A stretch of 64,000 nucleotides of DNA from a virus, in the IMG/VR virus record IMGVR_UViG_3300042691_030495. One strand, given 5' to 3'. Positions 47,707 through 57,131 of this stretch are shown piece by piece. The stretch's first letter is position 1, and the number at the start of each line of letters is the position of its first letter. The position numbers and the translations under genes are program-made. Under the pieces are notes generated by a model. The model saw nothing but the letters and a program-made list of their open reading frames with translations, searched no databases and was not told where the DNA came from.

Positions 47707-48736
47707 TTAGCAATCTTTGATCGCTCTGAGACAGATCCACAGCTTTCTCTCCAAACTGTAGTGCAGCATCATATTGCTTTAAATTGTACGCAGCGATAGC
47801 AGCTAAGTCGTATGGGACTGACCCCCAGGCAAACTCTTCGCAGAGGTAGTCTAGAGGCTTCTCTTCTATCTCGATAGCCTTCTTAGCAAACTCTAAGCAC
47901 GGTTCCCAGAGCTCTTTGGTGTAGTAGGTCTGAGCTAGCTCAACTAGAGGCTCCCGTCTTCCAGGTGCCTGAGCTATCGCTTTTAGTAGCCAGCTTTCGG
48001 CATCTTCTAGATCTATCTTTGCTATATACCTTAGGGATGCTGCCCGCTCTGGTGCCCAGGTAGCCCTCCTAAGCTCCAAATGCCTCTTAAACTCCTCCAG
48101 CGCCTCCTGGAAGCGTCCATAAAAGTACAGCTCTCTGGCGTAGTAGAAGGCATTTCTATCGTCTTCTGGGTCCTCCTGGACCGCCTGAGCTAGTAGTGGT
48201 AAGTACTGAGATCTAGGCTTAGAGTCGTCCGCATGGTGATGTATCTCGAGCCCGACCCAGGACTGGGTCTCTTTAGTTTCTCCATATGGGACCAGCACCT
48301 CATGAACTGGGTGCTTCCACTTATATCCAAATCTGGAGTGAATCTTATCTCCGCCGTACTGAAGCCCGGGGATAGTCTTTTCTGCATCTTTCCAGTTCCA
48401 GGTGTACTGGTATCTAGGTCTAGTGGTTTTTTCAGCTAGGGCTTTTTCTAGCTGAGATCTCCAACCAGGGAGCAGAACTTCGTCCATGTCTAAAGCAATG
48501 CAGTAGTCTATGTCTGCCGGTATTGCGGCTAAAGATGCGTTCCTAGCCATATCAAAGCGCCAGGGTTTAACTAAAACATTGATTACATTTATGCCTAACG
48601 ACTTAGCAAGCTCTACGGTTTTGTCAGTTGATCCAGTGTCCGCAATTAGTAAATAGTCTGCTTCTTTGGCACTGTCCCACCACGGCTGCACAAACTGCTC
48701 TTCGTTTAACGCAATTGTGTATACTGCTACTTTCAT
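47669..48736 (-). CDS. GT2 glycosyltransferase with TPR repeats
   Basis: IALNEE, ADTGSTD, F..ARN, LDMDE, VHE; C-terminal TPRs. Confidence 0.9.
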   Translation of the reverse strand: MKVAVYTIALNEEQFVQPWWDSAKEADYLLIADTGSTDKTVELAKSLGINVINVLVKPWRFDMARNASLAAIPADIDYCIALDMDEVLLPGWRSQLEKALAEKTTRPRYQYTWNWKDAEKTIPGLQYGGDKIHSRFGYKWKHPVHEVLVPYGETKETQSWVGLEIHHHADDSKPRSQYLPLLAQAVQEDPEDDRNAFYYARELYFYGRFQEALEEFKRHLELRRATWAPERAASLRYIAKIDLEDAESWLLKAIAQAPGRREPLVELAQTYYTKELWEPCLEFAKKAIEIEEKPLDYLCEEFAWGSVPYDLAAIAAYNLKQYDAALQFGEKAVDLSQSDQRLLTNLIYYRAAVAS

Positions 48737-48738
48737 GG

Positions 48739-49962
48739 CTACCTAACAGCTAAAACGCTTATAAATTCTCTTGGCTCAAAGTCTCCGCCAAGAACCATAG
48801 TGAGAAGTCCTGGCTTTGACTCCATTCCAGCACGATCACGGAACCATTCGCTTCCGGGGTCTGTGGTTGGAGCCTGAACCCAAAGACGAGTTCCAATGTC
48901 CATAGTTCTAAAGTTGTGGAAGTGTCCTGACACCCAGACGTCTGCCAAACCAAGAGCAGTCTGTCCTGCCGCCTGCTGAGAGATATAACGAAGTGTGTTG
49001 TTCTGTCCAGCCTGGTGTCCGTGGAACAGTCCAAGCATAGTTCCTTTAACATCTACAGTTAGTGTCTGATGCCCAACAGATGGGTACCTAAACTCGATGT
49101 GCTGCAGTGCAGGATTTTCTGCGCAGATGTCTTGAACTGCGGACGCAATTTCTACGTTCCATCCGTCTGACGGATCTGTCACAACTTGCCTAGTTGCTTC
49201 GTCGTGGTTTCCATTTATAACTGGAACAATCATGTGCTCTGCTAGAGGTGCTAAAGCTTTAATCTGAGCTAGAAGCAATCTTCTAGCAACTCGTACCTGT
49301 TCGGTTATTCCGAGGTCGGAGGCTGCTTGTCCTTGGAGTCTTCCGTTTTGGCTGGTAATTCCCTCCACGTGATCGCCCGGTAACGCCAGACAAATTGTTC
49401 CAAGAGAAAGGCCCATCTTTTTATAAGCTTCAAATCTATGCACCGCCGATTCTGTTAGTTGGAGAATTCGACCTATTGATTGAGCCGTACCCTCGCCGTT
49501 TGCTTTTTTACCTATTTGTTGATCGCTTGGGACTACTGTAAATGCACCGTTTCCAGTTGATGTTTTTACACCTTTTGCTGGACGCCACTTTTTCATTTCA
49601 TCTAAAAGCTGCTCTACATCTAAAGAGTCTAAACCAACTGAAGATGATGGTATTAGGTTGACTCGTACTGATTCTAAATATTCACCATCAAACTTTTGCC
49701 ACTTACCTCTACGAAGAGAAGAGACCGCCCACTCTGCCGGATCTAAACCAAAATCTTTTATAACTTCATTTGCATCGAAGTTGGAGCCTTCTGCACGAGG
49801 CGATGAAATTAGATAGCCACCCTTGCCGCTATCTATGTCCATTCTTGGACGCCAGTCTTCGGGGACTCCGAGCTTCTTATAGTCAGACCCCGAGGTCCCA
49901 GGATTACGTAGCTCTTCTAATTTGTCAGCTAAGCTCAACTTATTTTTCCTAATCGTCGGCAA
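48739..49962 (-). CDS. calcineurin-like metallophosphoesterase
   Basis: SDQQIGK, GDHVEG, GNHDE, HGHQ, GHFH motifs. Confidence 0.85.
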   Translation of the reverse strand: MPTIRKNKLSLADKLEELRNPGTSGSDYKKLGVPEDWRPRMDIDSGKGGYLISSPRAEGSNFDANEVIKDFGLDPAEWAVSSLRRGKWQKFDGEYLESVRVNLIPSSSVGLDSLDVEQLLDEMKKWRPAKGVKTSTGNGAFTVVPSDQQIGKKANGEGTAQSIGRILQLTESAVHRFEAYKKMGLSLGTICLALPGDHVEGITSQNGRLQGQAASDLGITEQVRVARRLLLAQIKALAPLAEHMIVPVINGNHDEATRQVVTDPSDGWNVEIASAVQDICAENPALQHIEFRYPSVGHQTLTVDVKGTMLGLFHGHQAGQNNTLRYISQQAAGQTALGLADVWVSGHFHNFRTMDIGTRLWVQAPTTDPGSEWFRDRAGMESKPGLLTMVLGGDFEPREFISVLAVR

Positions 49963-50216
49963 GAGCAGTTGCCCCCGCGGTGTCTACTTATGGCACTTGC
50001 ACTTACGTCATAGCCTTCACTCCTCAGGAGGTCAGCTAGTGTTTGATGGGGAATGTACCTATGGTCTTCGCGATTAGTGAGATTAATTACTTCAGCTAGG
50101 GCGTCTCTATCTTTTTTAGATAGCCCCTGATCAGAGGTGATAGAGGCGAACTTACAAGTAGTGAGGTCGCTTATATACTTCTGAGAGGCGGTAGCTAGCT
50201 TGTCTGCTAATGGCAT
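49935..50216 (-). CDS. small HTH/metal-binding protein
   Basis: LADLLRSEGYDVSASAISRHRGGNCSC. Confidence 0.7.
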   Translation of the reverse strand: MPLADKLATASQKYISDLTTCKFASITSDQGLSKKDRDALAEVINLTNREDHRYIPHQTLADLLRSEGYDVSASAISRHRGGNCSCRRLGKIS

Positions 50217-50267
50217 AATTTCTCCTAGGGTTAAACCTTAGGTTTATGCTACTACATGTTTTGTAGT

Positions 50268-50648
50268 TTAGCTAGCTTTTTTTGACTTAGACACGCGCTT
50301 TTTTAAAAGAGGTTTTTCAGCAGGTGGAAGGATGTCTGCTGGCACAGAATTAGGTACAGAAGAGTTGTGTAGCCCGAGGGTGAGATTCTTGATAAACTCG
50401 ATCTCTGTTGAGACCTTTACAACATGCTTTTCGATGTTATTGACTCGATCGGCAAGAGAGCTGCCCCCGTTTTCCCACAGCTGATGCTCAACTTTATCTA
50501 GTCTATCTGATATAGTTCTACCGTTCTTGTCTACACCGATAGCGGCGTCTATTCGCTTAGCAAGCTTGTATGATGAAAAGACTGCACCAAAGATTACGGT
50601 TAAGGCACCAAAAATGCTTGCAACTGTTAGAATAATATCTGTAGCCAT
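50268..50648 (-). CDS. membrane-anchored coiled-coil protein (DUF2746-like, possibly lysis-associated)
   Basis: N-terminal TM; ENGGSSLADRV motif. Confidence 0.65.
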   Translation of the reverse strand: MATDIILTVASIFGALTVIFGAVFSSYKLAKRIDAAIGVDKNGRTISDRLDKVEHQLWENGGSSLADRVNNIEKHVVKVSTEIEFIKNLTLGLHNSSVPNSVPADILPPAEKPLLKKRVSKSKKAS

Positions 50649-50702
50649 AGACTATACTAAATTCCTATGAGGTTTGAGCACAATTAGATTTGTGCTTTAA
50701 CT

Positions 50703-50710
50703 ATTTTACC
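50703..50710 (-). promoter_or_regulatory. GGTAAAAT late-type -10 element
   Basis: ATTTTACC on + strand, 55 nt upstream of 50648. Confidence 0.55.
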
Positions 50711-50781
50711 CTAGTATGGTTTCTGCTATTTAAATGCTTATGCTAGCCATTAAATTGGTGGCAAAATTCTTCGGTTTTGAT

Positions 50782-50809
50782 TTGCATTCGAACCTATTCT
50801 GTGTATGAT
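50782..50809 (+). promoter_or_regulatory. SigA-type promoter for primase
   Basis: TTGCAT-16bp(TGTG)-TATGAT. Confidence 0.6.
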
Positions 50810-50845
50810 GTTCTTACTGGTGTTTTTAATGACGTAGAGGTTTTT

Positions 50846-53548
50846 ATGGGAGAAGTAGATTCTGCTGCTGGCGGCAGATTAGGTAGCGGTGCCGCTTGGT
50901 ACGCCAGTAAAGGGTGGAAAATTCTTCCAGTCCACGGTGTTGTCGGGGGCAAATGTACTTGTGGTAAAAGTCATCCAGAAATAAAAGATGCAGGAAAACA
51001 CCCAGCCATACACGCTTGGCACACCGAAGCCACTTCAGATCCAGACAAAATTGCTTCTTGGTGGGAATCTAATCCAGATTACAATATTGGCGTTTTTGCT
51101 AGAGAGTCTGGATTTTTAGTAATTGATGTTGATCCACGAAATGGTGGGGACACATCTTTTCTTAAACTTGAAGAGCTTGCTAAAGGAGAGCTTCCTCCAA
51201 CTGTAGAAGCAATTACTGGACTATACGCCGGTGAGCGCGGTATTGGTGAGGTTCGCGGTAGACACCTTATTTATAAATGCAACCCGAATGAAAAGTTTAT
51301 TTCTAACTTTAAAAAAGTTGGTCTTGACGGCATCGACGTAAAGCACAATGGCTACATTCTTCTTGCACCGTCGCGCCACTTTTCTGGTGTTAACTACCAG
51401 TGGAAGCCAGGTCACTCTCCAGCACAAATTGAAATCGCCGAGGCACCAGAAGAACTTCTCGCGGTAATTAGACAGACAAGTCTTAGAAGTGCGTCGGGGG
51501 GATCTACTCGTCTTAAGAAAGGCGACTGGAGCGCCTTTGGAGAATTAGAGTATGCCGGTGAAAAAGTTGATATCGATAAAATTATGGAAGAGGGCTTCCA
51601 AGAGGGAAATCGAGCTGTAGGGATATACCACCTAGCATGCGCTCTAGCCAACAGGTACGGAACTGATGATGTATCTAGAAACTTTATTGAGACAACTTTA
51701 ATCAGGCTTAACGCTGAAAAGATTAGTCCTCCAATGCATCTAGAGGGTCCAAACTCTCTGCTTATGCACGTCCACCGTGCAATTGACTTTGTTAGAGACA
51801 ACCCAATCATTGACTTAAAGTGGGCGGGACTTTCCGAACATTGGAGAAAAACTAACGGTCAGACTTGGGCTGAAAAGTCTCAGCTAGAAGGCGTAGCATC
51901 TAAGCCGGCCATAACCCAGAAGGGCGAGACTGATCCGTTAGAAATAGAAGCTGAACTTATTCCTACAGATAGTTCTCCTAAAAAGGTAACAAACTCTTCT
52001 TCTGTTGGTGATCGAATGTCTGCTCTTGTTCGGAGTGGAATGTCAGTGACTGACGCAATAGGTGGCGGAAATATGCAGCTGCCAGAAGATCAAGATGCTG
52101 TAGATGCTGAAGACGGAGGTACTCCCGGGAACCGAAGCTTTACTGATGTTGGAAATAGCCGAAGACTTGTAGATACCTATCAATCAGCAATTAAATATAC
52201 TCCTGGCTTAGGCTGGTTCCACTGGGATGGTAACTATTGGGAGCCTGACCTGGAGAGCCTAAAGCTTCAAGAAATGGCCAAAAGAATTGCACCAGTTATT
52301 GCTGGAGAAGTTAGTAACTACGACATTCAAGACCCTAAAATAAATGAGCTTATAAACTGGGCAAAACAGGCAAAATCTAATACTCGTATCTCAAACATGA
52401 TTAAAAGCGCCGTGTCTGACAAACGAGTTGTTGTTCCTGTAGAACAGTGGGACGGCGATAGTCACCTACTTGGAGTTAGCAACGGTGTAGTAGATCTTAG
52501 AAGTGGCGAACTTTTAACTGGTAGACCAGATCTGTATATAACTAGAAGAGCTCCTGTTGCCTACAATCCAGGACTTAGGAACGTTCGTTTCGAGCAGTTC
52601 TTAGACTTTGCAACCAAAGGCGACAAAGAGTTTCAAGATTGGCTACAGAGGGCAGTGGGGTACACGCTCACTGGGCTAAACAATCAAGATGCTTTGTTCC
52701 TTGTTTACGGACCTCCAGGGTCCGGTAAAACAACATTTGTTGAGACTATAGTAAATGCCCTAGGAACCAAAGGCTATTCTTGGACTCTAGATCCAAGCGT
52801 GTTGGCTGCTGGAGACGGTCAGGCAAATAGGACAGATGAGTATCACATGGCGGAGCTTAGGGGCCGCCGTATGATTTGGGTAGATGAACTTCCAGAATCA
52901 GAGCGTCTCAAGGAAAACCAAGTCAAGAAGATGACTGGTTCTGGAACACTTCAAGGTCGATCTCCTGGAGAGCGTCCATTCCAGTTTACGTCTCAGGGCA
53001 AGCTCTGGATCACAACTAACCACAGGCCAATCATTAATGACGATGCTATGTGGCGAAGACTTAGGCCAATCCCCCTAACTAGCATCCCGGAAAATCCTGA
53101 CACAGAGCTACGTCCATATCTATCAGATCCTGATGGTGGATTGCCTGCAGTCCTAGCCTGGGCAGTTGATGGTGCGATCAAATATCTAAATTCTTCTGCT
53201 AAAGACCCCCTTGGCTGGTGCTCTGTCGTAAGAGATGCTGCTGACATTTATCGCAAAAATGAAGATAGAATTGGTCTATTCTTCGAAGAAGAGACTAAAA
53301 AGTCTGAAGGTGCGTCTATTCCTATGGGTGAGCTATACAGTCTCTATAGACAGTGGAGTGATAAACGAGGAGAACGAGCTATGACTCAGATAGCGTTCCA
53401 CCGTAAAATTGACGATAGGGCCATGGGATTAGTTGGTCAGGGAGCTAAAGCAGCTCTTCACGGCTACTCGACGTTCCCTAGGTTAGTTGCTGAACCTGAA
53501 GTGATTGACTGGTCTGGAATGGCTAGACACTCTAGCGGTGCGTTTTAG
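50846..53548 (+). CDS. bifunctional primase/polymerase with D5/P4-type SF3 helicase
   Basis: CTCG..GKHP, NIG, VIDVDPRNGG, GRH; D5_N; GPPGSGKTT; start corrected to ATG 50846 after GAGG. Confidence 0.92.
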   Translation: MGEVDSAAGGRLGSGAAWYASKGWKILPVHGVVGGKCTCGKSHPEIKDAGKHPAIHAWHTEATSDPDKIASWWESNPDYNIGVFARESGFLVIDVDPRNGGDTSFLKLEELAKGELPPTVEAITGLYAGERGIGEVRGRHLIYKCNPNEKFISNFKKVGLDGIDVKHNGYILLAPSRHFSGVNYQWKPGHSPAQIEIAEAPEELLAVIRQTSLRSASGGSTRLKKGDWSAFGELEYAGEKVDIDKIMEEGFQEGNRAVGIYHLACALANRYGTDDVSRNFIETTLIRLNAEKISPPMHLEGPNSLLMHVHRAIDFVRDNPIIDLKWAGLSEHWRKTNGQTWAEKSQLEGVASKPAITQKGETDPLEIEAELIPTDSSPKKVTNSSSVGDRMSALVRSGMSVTDAIGGGNMQLPEDQDAVDAEDGGTPGNRSFTDVGNSRRLVDTYQSAIKYTPGLGWFHWDGNYWEPDLESLKLQEMAKRIAPVIAGEVSNYDIQDPKINELINWAKQAKSNTRISNMIKSAVSDKRVVVPVEQWDGDSHLLGVSNGVVDLRSGELLTGRPDLYITRRAPVAYNPGLRNVRFEQFLDFATKGDKEFQDWLQRAVGYTLTGLNNQDALFLVYGPPGSGKTTFVETIVNALGTKGYSWTLDPSVLAAGDGQANRTDEYHMAELRGRRMIWVDELPESERLKENQVKKMTGSGTLQGRSPGERPFQFTSQGKLWITTNHRPIINDDAMWRRLRPIPLTSIPENPDTELRPYLSDPDGGLPAVLAWAVDGAIKYLNSSAKDPLGWCSVVRDAADIYRKNEDRIGLFFEEETKKSEGASIPMGELYSLYRQWSDKRGERAMTQIAFHRKIDDRAMGLVGQGAKAALHGYSTFPRLVAEPEVIDWSGMARHSSGAF

Positions 53549-53565
53549 TAAAAGAGGTATATACT

Positions 53566-54357
53566 ATGGAAAAAGAATCACAAATATTAGATAGAAAGTC
53601 TATCGCTATTTGCACTGCGCTGCCCGGTGGAAGTGTAGATGTTCAGTATATGAAGAGTATTACTGAGCTTGTATCTTCTCTAGAAGAACAGGGATATAGT
53701 CCGTACACCATTAGCTCCATGGATCCTATTTCTACGTCTAAAGCAAAAAACTTCCTAATAAGTGTGGCACTAAAGGAGCCAAATTTGCATGGAGTGCTTT
53801 TAGTCTCTCCTGACCAAAGTTTTGACCCTAAAGATGTAGTAGATATGATTAAAAGTGGTAAAAACGTCATAGCTGCAGCCTCTCCAACTAAATATGTAAA
53901 TTGGGATCAAGTGAGAAGCGCTGCTTTAATGGGACGCGACAACTTGGAGTTGTATTCTGGATCTTTTTCTTTAGAGTTTCTCCCGGGGGACGAAATTAAT
54001 TTTTCTTTAAACACCCCATTTAAAGTTAAGACAATATCTTCTAATTTGATGTACATATCAAAAGAGTCTTTAGAGAAGTTAAAGTCTTTATGTAGCTCTT
54101 ATATAAATAGCTCAATGTCTAGTGAAGACAAAGAAGAGGTGTGTGAGTACTTCTACACCTCAAAAAACGATGAAAATATTTTAATTTTTGAAGACTTTAA
54201 TTTTTGCAATAATTGGAGATCGTTAGGTGAAGACGTTTGGGTTGCTCCATGGGTGAAAGTACAACAGTCTGGATCTTTTAGATTTGTTGGTAGTTTTTCT
54301 CATTCTTTAGAGCTGTCTTCACGTGTTAGTGAGATAACTAAAGCTAACCGAGATTAG
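53566..54357 (+). CDS. degenerate GT-A-like glycosyltransferase
   Basis: EDFNFCNNWRSLGEDVWVAPW matches phage GT-A C-terminus; canonical DxD not evident. Confidence 0.55.
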   Translation: MEKESQILDRKSIAICTALPGGSVDVQYMKSITELVSSLEEQGYSPYTISSMDPISTSKAKNFLISVALKEPNLHGVLLVSPDQSFDPKDVVDMIKSGKNVIAAASPTKYVNWDQVRSAALMGRDNLELYSGSFSLEFLPGDEINFSLNTPFKVKTISSNLMYISKESLEKLKSLCSSYINSSMSSEDKEEVCEYFYTSKNDENILIFEDFNFCNNWRSLGEDVWVAPWVKVQQSGSFRFVGSFSHSLELSSRVSEITKANRD

Positions 54358-54384
54358 TAGTCTTATAAGTTAAATTACTGCTAA

Positions 54385-56055
54385 TTAGGCTGTCGGATCG
54401 GCCCATACTGAGCCATTCCACACCTTTGCCGGAGCCTCTACCCAAGTGGAGCCATTCCACACCTTAAACGGAGCCTGAACCCAAGTGGATCCATTCCAAA
54501 CCTTGCCAGCTCCTCCAGGCTCAACAGTTATGACAAGAGACCCGGTAAATATAGACTCGCTGGATGCGTTAGTGGCGCTAACAGTAAAAGTGTAAGTTCC
54601 TACGGTAGTAGGCGTTCCAGATATTTCTCCAGAAACGGTGTCTAACTCTACTCCATCAGGTAAAGCTCCGCTTTGTATCGCGTAACTTACAGCGTTAGTT
54701 GCAGAAACTCCATCTAAATAGGACTGTCCAACTTTAACTGTTGCTGTAGCTAAAGTATTGTCTGTCCAAACAGCTAGCGCTGCTTTAGGAGTGAACGTAA
54801 AGCTTTGAGATATAAAATCTCCATCAGAGTTAGCTGCGTTTATTGTAAAAGAAAAACTTGAAGTCGATGTAGGTGTTCCACTAACTACTCCACCAGCTAG
54901 TAGCTGTATGCCGTTTTGAGGCAACCCGGTGGCAGTATATGTTGAAGCGCTGCTTGCAGCTACAGAATCAGAGTACGCGACTCCAATTCTTAGATCCGTA
55001 CTTAATACATTGTCTGTCCACACACAGAGAGGCTGTTTTCTGTTTATAGTAAAAGTATTTGAACGTGTGGTTCCGCCAGCACCAGTGGCATCTACTCTAA
55101 AGGTGAATGCCTGTGACACTCCAGCCGTGGGGACTCCTGAGAGAACTCCAGATGAAGATAGGAGTACTCCTCCCGGTAGAGTCCCGCTTCCTAGGGAGTA
55201 TCCTGTAGAAAATGTATCATTGGCAGACAAAGTCCTGCTATACGCTGACCCTACTCTGGCAATATCGTTTACTGATGTAGTGTTCCAAGATGGAGGAGAG
55301 TCTGTTGTGTCACTAACAATGACTGATCTTTGAGAGCTTCCTACAGCATTAGTTGCATAAACTCTAAAGTACCAAGTTGCATATGCTCCAACACCAATAT
55401 CTATTGATGTATTAGTAGTTGTTGTTGTAAAAACTTGACCAGCATCAAACCCGGGGAATGTAGTGTATTCTATTGTGTAGCTCGTTATAGCAGTATCACC
55501 ATTACTACTTGGAGCTGTCCAACTAAGAGTTGCAGTAGTAGCAGAGAAGCTAACAGAGGGGGACTGGGGTGCTGTTGGCACCATGTAGTACCCATAGCCA
55601 ACCCAGTAGTTGGTAGATGAAGTATTTCCTATTCTTAGGTCGTCTGTTGTAGTCCCAGTTTCTATAACGTTATTTGTTAGTGAAGAAGTGTTAGATCCAC
55701 TGAGGTGAGCATAAATAGTAATTGTAAAGTTGCCGGTGGGGCTAGTTACTATTGTGTTTGGCAGTCCAGTTAGAGTATGAACAGTTGGAATAAATGTGCC
55801 CTGCGTAGAAGTTGTAGCTGAGATCGATGCAACGTTGGTCTCTATCTGTGAGGATAGCCCTCCTCCAGAAATTGCAAGTCTAAGTCCTCTAGAGTTTATG
55901 TATCCGTTGGCAGCTGCGCGCAGAGCATAAAGCATAATTGGTCTGTTGCCGTTTATGTTTAAAGTTGCGTTTGTGATAGCAGGGATAGTTCTAGTTCTTG
56001 TGTTAAACCCTACTCTGTTTGATCCAAGTAAATCGCCAACGTCCCTAATGGCCAT
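54385..56055 (-). CDS. virion protein with FN3 and three Ig-like (He_PIG) domains
   Basis: LSWTAPSSNG..ITSY FN3; LP.G..L...G.ISGTPT repeats; KVWNGS.W x3 tail. Confidence 0.8.
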   Translation of the reverse strand: MAIRDVGDLLGSNRVGFNTRTRTIPAITNATLNINGNRPIMLYALRAAANGYINSRGLRLAISGGGLSSQIETNVASISATTSTQGTFIPTVHTLTGLPNTIVTSPTGNFTITIYAHLSGSNTSSLTNNVIETGTTTDDLRIGNTSSTNYWVGYGYYMVPTAPQSPSVSFSATTATLSWTAPSSNGDTAITSYTIEYTTFPGFDAGQVFTTTTTNTSIDIGVGAYATWYFRVYATNAVGSSQRSVIVSDTTDSPPSWNTTSVNDIARVGSAYSRTLSANDTFSTGYSLGSGTLPGGVLLSSSGVLSGVPTAGVSQAFTFRVDATGAGGTTRSNTFTINRKQPLCVWTDNVLSTDLRIGVAYSDSVAASSASTYTATGLPQNGIQLLAGGVVSGTPTSTSSFSFTINAANSDGDFISQSFTFTPKAALAVWTDNTLATATVKVGQSYLDGVSATNAVSYAIQSGALPDGVELDTVSGEISGTPTTVGTYTFTVSATNASSESIFTGSLVITVEPGGAGKVWNGSTWVQAPFKVWNGSTWVEAPAKVWNGSVWADPTA

Positions 56056-56058
56056 AAG

Positions 56059-57129
56059 CTATACCTGAATCCAGACATCTCCAACTTGGATGGTGCCCGT
56101 TGGACCAGTTGGTTGTAGACCAACATAAAGTTTTCTATATGTAGCACCGGTAGTGTAGTACACAAAACCTGATGACATGCTTACAACTTGTGTTGCATCA
56201 TCATAAGAAATTGGAAGCGATGCCGCAACAACTCCAGGGCCTCCAGTGTTGCCTTGAGAGCCGGTTGGTCCTGTTGCGCCTGTGGGCCCTGTTTCTCCTC
56301 TTTGGCCGGTAGGTCCAGTGGGGCCTTCAACAGTGGAAGCAGCGCCAGTTGGGCCTGTAGGACCCGTATTCCCGGCGGCACCTGTAGCACCCGTAGGTCC
56401 TTGTCTAGCAGAGAGTGTAACTTTTGGATTAACCAACGATGCTAGCGTTCCACCTGTTTCATTAAAGAAAATAGATATAGAAACTTCATTTCCAGTTAAA
56501 GAAAATATAGTTCCGTCTGCGTAGACAAGAGGGTTAGCATTAGAGATAATTCTAACCGTAGATCCACTCACTAAAGCGCCAACTTCGTTCAAGTCTCCGA
56601 CTAAAGTGTCCCCTACAAAGCTAGCTATTGCTAAAGTTATTCCATCATATCCGACTCCATCTGCACCAGTTGGACCAGTTGGACCAGTCGGTCCAGAAGG
56701 TCCAACTACAGTTGAGTCCGAACCTCTTGCGCCTGTAGGTCCTGTAGGTCCAGTTGGTCCTACAATAGGTCCTACGTTCTGCCAAGCAGATCCATCCCAA
56801 ACATGCAGGTTTCCTGAAATTACATAAGCATCGCCAATGGTATTACCGCTGCTTGGAAGAAGCCCGGTATTAGCTAGTGTTCCAAGTATTGTTACGCCAG
56901 AGCCGTCTCGCCCGCTCGGTCCAGTAGGTCCTGTAGGTCCTGTAAATCCAACTGGGCCGCTGGGACCGGTTGGACCTGGGACTGTTGATGTTGGTCCAGT
57001 AGGCCCCTGCGGTCCTACAGATATGGCTCCAAAAATATCCCAAACGGAACCGTTCCAAATCCAAGCCTTGCCAGAGACAATATACTTATCTCCAACATCT
57101 GGACTATTTGGAAAATTTATATCAACCAT
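56059..57129 (-). CDS. collagen-like fibre protein
   Basis: NFP.SP..W.WNG.VW N-terminus; GPT repeats. Confidence 0.8.
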   Translation of the reverse strand: MVDINFPNSPDVGDKYIVSGKAWIWNGSVWDIFGAISVGPQGPTGPTSTVPGPTGPSGPVGFTGPTGPTGPSGRDGSGVTILGTLANTGLLPSSGNTIGDAYVISGNLHVWDGSAWQNVGPIVGPTGPTGPTGARGSDSTVVGPSGPTGPTGPTGADGVGYDGITLAIASFVGDTLVGDLNEVGALVSGSTVRIISNANPLVYADGTIFSLTGNEVSISIFFNETGGTLASLVNPKVTLSARQGPTGATGAAGNTGPTGPTGAASTVEGPTGPTGQRGETGPTGATGPTGSQGNTGGPGVVAASLPISYDDATQVVSMSSGFVYYTTGATYRKLYVGLQPTGPTGTIQVGDVWIQV

Positions 57130-57131
57130 TA

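Noticed and set aside
50268-50648. Complete lysis cassette
   Set aside because: No endolysin is recognisable in the window; only a possible accessory membrane protein
3104-53548. Inteins or introns in terL, polA, helicase or primase
   Set aside because: Sizes are ordinary and no splicing or homing endonuclease motifs were seen
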